In this document: piece after piece, positions 21,801 through 31,900 of the stretch
Layout: every line of letters starts with the position of its first letter
Numbering within the stretch: the stretch's first letter is position 1
DNA from: Macrostomum hystrix
Lineage: Eukaryota > Animalia > Platyhelminthes
Direction: 5' to 3'
Assembly: GCA_950097015.1 (NCBI GenBank)
Contig: CATNEN010000018.1
Coordinates: 157,967 to 221,966 of the forward strand
DNA length: 64,000 nucleotides
The notes under the pieces: model-generated
What the model saw: the letters and a program-made list of their open reading frames with translations, nothing else
The model's database searches: none
What the model was told of the DNA's origin: nothing
Position numbers and translations under genes: made by a program

Positions 21801-23800
21801 CTTCTCTTCTCTCTTCTTCTCTTCTCTTCTCTTCTCTTCTCTTCTTCTCTTTTTCTCTTCTCTTGTTCTCTTCTCTTCTTTTCTCTTCTTTTCTTCTCTT
21901 CTTTTCTTCTCTTCTCTTCTCTTCTCTTCTTCCCTTCTCCTCTTCTTCTCCTCCTCTTCTCTTCTCTCTTCTTCTCTTCTTCTCTCCTCTTCTCTTCTCT
22001 TCTCTCCTCTTCTCTTCCCTCTCTTCTCTTCTCTTCTTCTCTTCTCTTCTCTTCTCCTCTTATCTTCTCTTCTCCTCTTCTCTTCTCTTCTTCTCTTCTT
22101 CTTTCCCTTCCCTTCTTCTTTCCCCTTCTCTTCTCTCCTCTTCTCTTCTCTTCTTTTCTTCTCTTCTCTTCTCTTCTTTTCTTCTCTTCTTTTCTCTTCT
22201 TTTCTTCTCTTCTTTTCTTCTCTTCTCTTCTCTTCTCTTCTTCCCTTCTCCTCTTCTTCTCCTCCTCTTCTCTTCTCTTCTCTTCTCTTCTTCTCTTTTT
22301 CTCTTCTCTTCTTCTCTTCTCTTCTTTTCTCTTCTCTTCTTCCCTTCTCCTCTTCTTCTCCTCCTATTCTCTTCTCTCTTCTTCTCTTCTTCTCTCCTCT
22401 TCTCTTCTCTTCTCTCCTCTTCTCTTCCCTTCTCTCCTCTTCTCTTCTCTTCTTCTCTTCTTTCCCCTTCTCTTCTCTCCTCTTCTCTTCTCTTCTCTTC
22501 TCTTCTTTTCTTCTCTTCTCTTCTTTTCTTCTCTTCTTTTCTTCTCTTCTCTTCTCTTCTTCTCTTCTCTTCTCTTCTCTTCTTTTTTCTTCTCTTCTTC
22601 TCTTCTCTTCTCTTCTCTTCTCTTCTCTTCTCTTCTCCTCTTCTCTTCTCTTCTTCTCTTCTTCTTTCCCTTCCCTTCTTCTTTCCCCTTCTCTTCTCTC
22701 CTCTTCTCTTCTCTTCTTTTCTTCTCTTCTCTTCTCTTCTTCTCTTCTCTTCTTTTCTTTTTCTCTTCTTTTCTCTTCTCTTCTCTTCTTTTCTTTTCTC
22801 TTCTTTTCTTCTCTTCTCTTCTCTTCTTCTCTTCTCTTCTCTTCTCTTCTTTTTTCTTCTCTTCTCCTCTTCTCTTCTCTTCTTCTCTTCTTCTTTCCCT
22901 TCCCTTCTTCTTTCCCCTTCTCTTCTCTCCTCTTCTCTTCTCTTCTTTTCTTCTCTTCTCTTCTCTTCTTCTCTTCTCTTCTTTTCTTTTTCTCTTCTTT
23001 TCTCTTCTCTTCTCTTCTTTTCTTTTCTCTTCTCCTCTTCTCTTCTCTTCTTTTTTCTTCTCTTCTCTTCTCTTCTCTTCTCTTCTCTTCTCTCCTCTTC
23101 TCTTCTCTTCTCTCCTCTTCTCTTCCCTTCTCTTCTCTTCTCTTCTCTTCTTCTCTTTTTCTCTTCTCTTCTTCTCTTCTCTTCTTTTCTCTTCTTTTCT
23201 TCTCTTCTTTTCTTCTCTTCTCTTCTCTTCTCTTCTTCCCTTCTCCTCTTCTTCTCCTCCTCTTCTCTTCTCTCTTCTTCTCTTCTTCTCTCCTCTTCTC
23301 TTCTCTTCTCTCCTCTTCTCTTCCCTCCTCTTCTCTTCTCTCTTCTTCTCTTCTTCTCTCCTCTTCTCTTCTCTTCTCTCCTCTTCTCTTCCCTTCTCTC
23401 CTCTTCTCTTCCCTTCTCTTCTCTTCTCTTCTCTTCTTCTCCTCTCTTCTCTTCTCCTTTTCTCTTCTCTTCTCCTCTTCTCCTCTCTTCTTCTCTTCTT
23501 CTTTCCCTTCCCTTCTTCTTTCCCCTTCTCTTCTCTCCTCTTCTCTTCTCTTCTCTTCTCTTCTTTTCTTCTCTTCTCTTTTCTTCTCTTCTTTTCTCTT
23601 CTTCTCTTCTCTTCTTTTCTTCTTCTCTTCTTTTCTCTTCTCTTCTCTTCTTTTCTTTTCTCTTCTCCTCTTCTCTTCTCTTCTTTTTTCTTCTCTTCTC
23701 TTCTCTTCTCTTCTCTTCTTCTCTTCTTCTCTCTTTTCTTCTCCTCTCTACTCTTCTCTTCTCTTCTTCTCTTCTCTTCTTCTCTTCTCTTCTTCTCTTC
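18811..23800. repeat. Degenerate (CTCTT)n tract 3 (~5 kb), paralogous to tract 2, with an internal 1510-bp duplication
   Basis: CTGCTTCCC at 19861/21371 and CTTATCTT at 20549/22059 (1510-bp spacing); shares diagnostic variants with tract 2. Confidence 0.98.
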
Positions 23801-23947
23801 AGCTCAGCAGCCAATGAGACTCCTGCAGCTATGAACGATTTTGGTTGGCTGCTGCGGACTGCAAAAGCATAGTCCTAAACCAAACACTGAGCTGCCCTAC
23901 TCGACCTAATTTATCACTTTCCCAAACCACAAGCAGACACCTGCAAA

Positions 23948-26900
23948 ATGTTTCCCTTACTCACAATACTCACCGCTGTCCTCCTGTACCTCATGAACTC
24001 ACTTCATTCCTCACACCACCGAGAAGACGCACAAGAACTCACCGACCAGGACCTCCTCGCAGCCATCAGAGACGACCGAGTGGAACCCGTTCAGCGATTC
24101 ATTAACAGCGGCGGGAGCCTCGACACCTTCATCGCCTATGCTGACTCATTCTTTACTCCAGCAATGCTCGCTTGCCGATTCGGAAGACATGAAATTCTCG
24201 TGAGACTCATCCGAGCCATTGCAGATGTAGATAAGCAGAACTGGAGAGGAACGACGGCATTGTATATTGCATCACTATATGGACACCACCGACTGGTGAA
24301 ATCACTCATCAAAGCACGAGCCGACGTCAATCTTCAAGATAATACTGGCGCCTCACCTCTCCACATAGCATCCTGCAATGGCCATAACGACGTCGTCCAC
24401 TCACTCATCAAAGCACGAGCCGACGTCAATCTTCAAACAAATACTGGCTACTCACCTCTCTACATTGCATCACAAAATGGCCATAACGACGTCGTCCACT
24501 CACTCATCAAAGCACGAGCCGACGTCAATCTTCAAACAATTACTGGCGCCTCACCTCTCTACATTGCATCATATCAAGGCCATAACGACGTCGTCCACTC
24601 ACTCATCAATGCACGAGCCGACGTCAATCTTCAAGAAAATACTGGCTACTCACCTCTCCACATTGCATCACAAAATGGCCATAACGACGTCGTCCACTCA
24701 CTCATCAAAGCACGAGCCGACGTCAATCTTCAAACAATTACTGGCGCCTCACCTCTCTACATTGCATCATATCAAGGCCATAACGACGTCGTCCACTCAC
24801 TCATCAAAGCACGAGCCGACGTCAATCTTCAAGAAAATACTGGCGCCTCACCTGTCTACATTGCATCACAAAATGGCCATAACGACGTCGTCCACTCACT
24901 CATCAAAGCACGAGCCGACGTCAATCTTCAAGATAATACTGGCGCCTCACCTCTCTACATTGCATCACGAAATGGCCATAACGACGTCGTCCACTCACTC
25001 ATCAAAGCACGAGCCGACGTCAATCTTCAAAAAAATACTGGCGCCTCACCTCTCTACATTGCATCTCGCAATGGCCACCTCAGTGTTGTCGAGTCACTCA
25101 TGAAGGTCGTTCATAGCCCCGACTTGCTGACAGCTGCTCTGCGAATCGCCACGGAAATCGGCCATGACCAAGTGGTTGACCTGCTGAGCCGTGGATCCTC
25201 CGCGCCATTGCCTGAGAAGCAAAACAGGTAGGAGCTCCTGTTTCTTGTAAAAGTCACCTGAACAATCATAGATACTTCGGATTCTCTGAGTATTCAGACT
25301 CCAAATCTGATAGCTGAACTTCGGAACTGATTGCTATTGTGTTAATGTGGTATCGTCAGTTATTGTACATATAAAATATGGTAGCCTGTGTAGAACCCTT
25401 GTGAGCACAAAAAGGTTCTCTCGAATACCTGCTGCTTTTACTTCGCATTGTTAAGAGCTGGCGAATTTATAGCGAAAAGCCTCGAATTCCCAACAATGAC
25501 CACTAGGAGTAAAATAACGGAAAACTACGATAATAGGAAATAGTTATTACATATGTCTGCTTGCGCCGAAGATTATACCACAAGGATAGGAAATTGTTAG
25601 TGGCGCTGGTGTGCCGCCGGCCCTAGTTAGCAGTGGCGCCCTCAGAAGGCGAAAGACAGAACTTCCTAGTAGTTCTTATTGTCAATGCCTGTTTAGCCAC
25701 AGACAGCAGACTCCACTTCAAAATTCTCAGTTTATTCTCAGTTTATGAATGCCGCCTCCTCTCACCCTTCAGAGCCTCCCAGCCTCACTGAACCTCAGCA
25801 CTGCCGCCTCCTCTCACCCTTCAGAGCCTCCCAGACTCACTGTAACTCAGCACTGCCGCCTCCTCTCACCCTTCAGAGCCTCCCAGCCTCACTGAAACTC
25901 AGCACTGCCGCCTCCTCTCACCCTTCAGAGCCGCACCCAGCGACGCAGAGCTGAGCCAGCAGCTGCACTCCAAGCTCTCTCAGTCGGGATTCGTGGACTC
26001 CAGAGCCGCCTTGCAGATCGCTGTGGCTGACGTCTTGCAGGATGTTCTCAGGAAGAGAATGAACGATGACGACTGGTTCGCTGTGGGCAGCTTCTCTGAG
26101 GCCTGGGGCAACAGCCTGGTCTCTCTGGATGGCAGAACTGACATCGACTCTGACATCGATGTTATTCAGCTGATTCCAGGAAGGCCGATTCACCCGAGAG
26201 ATGTGTGCGAGTGCGACCGAGTGGAGGCTGCTCAGACAGTGGAGCTCAGCAATGGCCACATCCTGAGCTCCGGATTCGGTGAGAATTTCCTGTCAGAGAC
26301 TGTCGGGATGGCTGGGACAAGAATTGAACATGAGTTTGGCTTGCTCATCTTCTTTGGCTTTCTAAAGCAAACAACAAACAAGGAAAGCAAACAAATGTTC
26401 AGTCCAGGTTTGAAATGCAGAGATATTGAAAATAATATTGAAAATAATCGTGAACGTGCTCCCCTTCTCTTTGTTTCTTAGGCTCGCAATACTTTCACAG
26501 TCACAGGTGTGCAAAATTACAGTTTTTGAGGTGACCGCCCCAGTCCATGGACTGAACCGTTGTACACAGCTTTTGGAAGCGTCGTACAAACGCTACGGCT
26601 GGGCCATTGCAAATTTCGGTTATTTCTATTATATTATATTCTGTTGCCGCTTTTACAGAATTCGTTTTCTGTGATTCTGAAATTATGCCAATCAATGTCC
26701 ATTGATTGTCAACAATATTCCGAACAGCCGATTCTTACTAGCCATATAGTAGCTAGTTATCCAGTAGACAGGAAAATTATCCTAATTTATGTGGGCGGGA
26801 AAACCCCCGCCGCAGGAAAATCCCATCGAATTTCCAGTCCAGATTTGAATCTCGGCCTGAGGGAACGATGCTTGTCCAAGAGCTGGAATCATAACCTCGT

Positions 26901-28761
26901 ATTTATTCAGCTCAGCCAGCTGAAGGTTACAGTAGAAATTTGAGGGGGCTGGTGACTCCCCAGTACAAAGACTGAAGAGCTGTATACAGTACTCACAAAA
27001 TACTCATAAGAAACTAAAGAAGCAAGGAAGAATTGAAAATAATCGTGCACGTGCTGCCCTCCGTAGGGGGCAAAAGTTTCTAGTCTGCACTAAATTTTCA
27101 TATAAATCGCAGCTACAAACCATCTTTGCACAATTTTTTTATATTATCGAGAAATAGTTCTGTGTCTATTAACTTGAAATCTGATGGCATTTTACATATT
27201 TCTTGCATTTCCGTTTTCTCCAGCTTCCAACCCAGCCTACACTGAAAATGGCTCAGCCCTGAGACCGTCTGTGGACCGAGTCACCGCCCGCCGCCTCTGC
27301 CGCTACCCTCCCATCGCGCCGCTGCAGCCACCAAGAGTCTCCAACTCCAACATCCCCCAGTCCGTGCTGCAGTCGCTCCAGCGAGACATCACCTCTGCCT
27401 CATGGCCCTGTCACGTGGTGCACGCAGCTCCTCCCGGAATGGGGGGCCAGCAGCTCCGAGTGAGCAGCAGCTTCCTGGAGAGGCGACTGCTGCGAAGTCT
27501 CAGCACTCTGCAAGGCCAGCTGTTCATCATACTCAAGTGGCTGCTGAAGAAGAAAATCTCAAACGTCGGCTTCAAGTCCTATCACGCAAAGACCGTCACG
27601 TTCCGAATGCTGGAGGAGACACCTGCTGAGCAGTGGAAGCCGGAGAATCTCGTGAGTCTCACGACACGCTCGCTGCAGATTTTGCTTGACGGTGTGGAGA
27701 GCGGCTGCAGATCAGACACACCTGACGGTCGGATCCTGGAGCACTTCTTCCTGAGCGATGCCGCTGTGTACCTGAAGGGCTTGAAGTCAGCTGAGAGAGT
27801 GAGCGAAGCGTTGAATCGGGCAGCCGGCGCATTGAGAGACGCCATGGCTGAGCTGCCTCAGCTGCTGCTGCAGTTCGAGGACAGTCTGCGACCCGTCACC
27901 GACTCGGGCCGATTCCACTTCCAACCGTTCCTCATCCTGCCTCTACTCAATGACCGACCCGTGTCAGAAGCCAAGACATGCGAGTTCCACGAGATCTACG
28001 ACATCGTGAGAGAGTCCGTGCTTCGTCTGTCCGATGGAGACCGCAGCCCGCAGTCCCGAGAGAGTCTCGCAGAGCTGATCAACAAACTGCCAGACTGCGC
28101 CCGATCAGCGCGAGAGTCTCTCAGAGCGCTGGCCTGCCTGAAGTTCGGCGACAGACGCACAGCTGAAAAAGTTGTGAGCGACTGCGGGCCGTTCAGTGCG
28201 AGCAGAGGCATCGATTGGGGAGCTGAGAGGTCAGCGAGAGAGGCCACGGACTTTGTGTGGCAGCACCTGAAGAGCCGAGACTCCGCCTGGAAATTCTGCT
28301 TGGAGTTTGACGAGCGACCGAAGCTGCCGATTCAGCACGAAGTCTTTGCCGACTGCTTTCCGCTGCAGATGATGAACTACAGCACATTATTCTACCTGAA
28401 CTTTGACGCTCTGCTGCGGGCTCTTTGCAATGAGTTGACAGTAGCAGGAGACCGGAGCGATCAGGACTGGATCCAGGATGTGGCTCAGAGGGAGGATGCG
28501 GATGAGCAGGAGCTGCTGGTGGCTGCGGCGATCTGCGGAGATCTGGAGCTGCTGCGGCAGCTGCGCAGAAGAATCACTCACGAGCTGTGCCGGCTGCCGG
28601 CGTGGCTGCAGCAGAAGATTGAGAGGCTGAGCAGTCAAGGTGAAGATCGCCAAGACCAAGGTGAATATGCATTTGAGCATTCGAGTCGGAGTCAACTTGC
28701 ATACCAAGAAAGAAAAACCAGTTGTGGATCCAAATGCTGCCGGTGCTGTGTGTGTTTGTGA
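23948..28761 (+). CDS. Ankyrin-repeat cGAS-like receptor (cGLR / Mab-21-family nucleotidyltransferase); join(23948..25227,25929..26278,27224..28761), ~1055 aa
   Basis: Both introns are phase-consistent (AG|GTAG phase 2 to CTTCAG|A; G|GTGAG phase 1 to CTCCAG|CT); 3168 nt is a whole number of codons. Exon 1 has ~10 ankyrin repeats. Exon 2 has GSFSE (26086) and SDID (D at 26152, 26158). Exon 3 has VDRV (D at 27274), [20 protein letters not shown] (cf. cGAS SYHVKT) and LEHFF. Start could be ATG 23948 or 23993. Confidence 0.9.
24314..25080 (+). repeat. Eight near-identical 99-bp coding repeats (33-aa ankyrin units)
   Basis: Unit GCACGAGCCGACGTCAATCTTCAA...CACTCACTCATCAAA; [33 protein letters not shown]. 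Confidence 0.97.
25751..25930 (+). repeat. Intronic 52-bp minisatellite, each unit containing a copy of the exon-2 3' splice site
   Basis: CTCTCACCCTTCAG|AG with the AG at 25771, 25823, 25875 and 25927. Confidence 0.92.
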
Positions 28762-28925
28762 CCCTAAAGTGGATGCCAAGAAGACGATTCAACCAGAAAA
28801 TCAGAAAACACATTTTAACAGTAATTCTATGATCGACTGCAAAGCCATGATAAATGTGGATATGAAAACGAGCCTCAAATCCTGCAGCTCCGACGCCGCC
28901 CTCCGCCATTTCCGCAAAATTAATA

Positions 28926-31900
28926 TAGAAATTCAGGCCAGTGACCACTAAACTTCAGGCCATTGACCATTAAACTTCAGGCCAGAGACCATCGAAATTC
29001 AGGCCAGAGACCATCGAAATTCAGGCCATTGACCATCGAAATTCAGGCCAGAGACCATCGAAATTCAGGCCATTGACCATTAAACTTCAGGCCAGAGACC
29101 ATAGAAATTCAGGCCAGTGACCATTAAACTTCAGGCCAGAGACCATCGAAATTCAGGCCAGAGACCATCGAAATTCAGGCCATTGACCATTAAACTTCAG
29201 GCCAGAGACCATTGAAATTCAGGCCAGTGACCATTAAACTTCAGGCCAGAGACCATCGAAATTCAGGCCAGAGACCATCGAAATTCAGGCCAGTGAATAT
29301 CGAACTTCAGGCCTGTGGCTATCGAACTTAAGGCCAGTGACCATCGAACTTCAGGCCAGTGACCATTGAACTTCAGCCTCGTGCTTTCTGAGTGAGTCCT
29401 ACCTCCTTAGGCCAGTGACCAAATAACTTCCGGCCAGTGACTATCAAACTTCAGGCCAGTGACCATTGAACTTCAGCCTCGTGCTTTCTGAGAGAGTCCT
29501 ACCTCCTTAGGGCAGTGACCAAATAACTTCCGGCCAGTGACCATCGAACTTCAGTCTCGTGCTTTGTGAGAGTCCTACCTCCTTAGGCCAGTGACCTAAT
29601 AACTTCAGGCCAGTGACTATCAAACTTCAGGCCAGTGACTATCAAACTTCAGGCCAGAGACCATCGAACCTCAGGCCAGTGAATATCGAACTTCAGGCCT
29701 GTGGCTATCGAACTTAAGGCCAGTGACCATCGAACTTCAGGCCAGTGACCATTGAACTTCAGCCTCGTGCTTTCTGAGAGAGTCCTACCTCCTTAGGCCA
29801 GTGACCAAATAACTTCCGGCCAGTGACTATCGAACTTCAGGCCAGTGACCATTGAACTTCAGCCTCGTGCTTTCTGAGAGAGTCCTACCTCCTTAGGCCA
29901 GTGACCAAATAACTTCCGGCCAGTGACCATCGAACTTCAGTCTCGTGCTTTGTGAGTGAGTCCTACCTCCTTAGGCCAGTGACCTAATAACTTCAGGCCA
30001 GTGACTATCAAACTTCAGGCCAGTGACTATCAAACTTCAGGCCAGAGACCATCGAACTTCAGGCCAGCGACCATCGAACATCAGGCTCGTGCTCTTTTAG
30101 TGAGTCCTACCTCCTCAGGCCAGTGACCATCGAACTTCAGGCTCGTGCTTTCTGAGTGAGTCTTGCCTTCTCAGGCCAGTGACTTTCAAACTTCAGGCCA
30201 GTGACCATCTAACTTCAGGCCAGTGCCCATCGAACTTCAGCCTCGTGCTTTCTGAGTGAGTCCTACCTCCTTAGGCCAGTGACCAAATAACTTCCGGCCA
30301 GTGACCATCGAACTTCAGTCTCGTGCTTTGTGAGTGAGTCCTACCTCCTTAGGCCAGTGACCAAATAACTTCCGGCCAGTGACCATCGAACTTCAGTCTC
30401 GTGCTTTGTGAGTGAGTCCTACCTCCTTAGGCCAGTGACCTAATAACTTCAGGCCAGTGACTATCAAACTTCAGGCCAGTGACTATCAAACTTCAGGCCA
30501 GAGACCATCGAACTTCAGGCCAGCGACCATCGAACATCAGGCTCGTGCTCTTTTAGTGAGTCCTACCTCCTCAGGCCAGTGACCATCGAACTTCAGGCTC
30601 GTGCTTTCTGAGTGAGTCATGCCTCCTCAGGCCAGTGACCTACCAACTTATGGGCCAGTGACCATCGAACTTCAGGCCAGTGAATATCGAACTTCAGGCC
30701 AGTGACCATTGAACTTCAGCCTCGTGCTTTCTGAGTGAGTCCTACCTCCTTAGGCCAGTGACCTAATAACTTCAGGCCAGTGACTATCGAACTTCAGGCC
30801 AGAGACCATCGAACTTCAGGCCAGTGACTATCGAACTTCAGGCCAGAGACCATCGAACTTCAGGCCAGTGACCATCGAACTTCAGGCTCCTGCTTTGTGA
30901 GTGAGTCCTACCGCCTCAGGCAAGTGACCATCGAACTTCAGGCTAGTGCTTTGTGAGTGAGTCATGCCTCCTCATGCCAGTGACTTTCAAACTTCAGGCC
31001 AGTGACTATCGAACTTCAGGCAAGTGACCATCGAACTTCAGGACAGTGACCATCGAACTTCAGGCTCGTGCTTTGTGAGTGAGTCCTACCTCCTCAGGCC
31101 AGTGACTGTCGTACTTCAGGCCAGAGACCATCGAACTTCAGGCTCCTGCTTTGTGAGTGAGTCCTACCGCCTCAGGCAAGTGACCATCGAACTTCAGGCT
31201 CGTGCTTTGTGAGTGAGTCTTACCTGCTCAGGCCAGTGACTCTTGAACTTCAGGCCAGAGACAATCGAACTTCAGGCAAGTGACCATCGAACTTCAGGCC
31301 AGTGACCATCGAACATCAGGCTCGTGCTCTTTTAGTGAGTCCTACCTCCTTAGGCCAGTGACCATTGAACTTCAGCCTCGTGCTTTCTGAGTGAGTCCTA
31401 CCTCCTTAGGCCAGTGACCTAATAACTTCAGGCCAGTGACTATCGAACTTCAGGCAAGTGACCATCGAACTTCAGGACAGTGACCATCGAACTTCAGGCT
31501 CGTGCTTTGTGAGTGAGTCCTACCTCCTCAGCCCAGTGACTGTCGTACTTCAGGCCAGAGACCATCGAACTTCAGGCTCCTGCTTTGTGAGTGAGTCCTA
31601 CCGCCTCAGGCAAGTGACCATCGAACTTCAGGCTCGTGCTTTGTGAGTGAGTCTTACCTGCTCAGGCCAGTGACTCTTGAACTTCAGGCCAGAGACAATC
31701 GAACTTCAGGCAAGTGACCATCGAACTTCAGGCCAGTGACCATCGAACATCAGGCTCGTGCTCTTTTAGTGAGTCCTACCTCCTTAGTCCAGTGACCATT
31801 GAACTTCAGCCTCGTGCTTTCTGAGTGAGTCCTACCTCCTTAGGCCAGTGACCTAATAACTTCAGGCCAGTGACTATCGAACTTCAGGCCAGAGACCATC

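Noticed and set aside
23948-23992. Signal peptide on the cGLR ([15 protein letters not shown])
   Set aside because: A cytosolic NTase with a CaaX tail would not be secreted; the stretch may be 5' UTR upstream of ATG 23993. Unresolved without 5' RACE.
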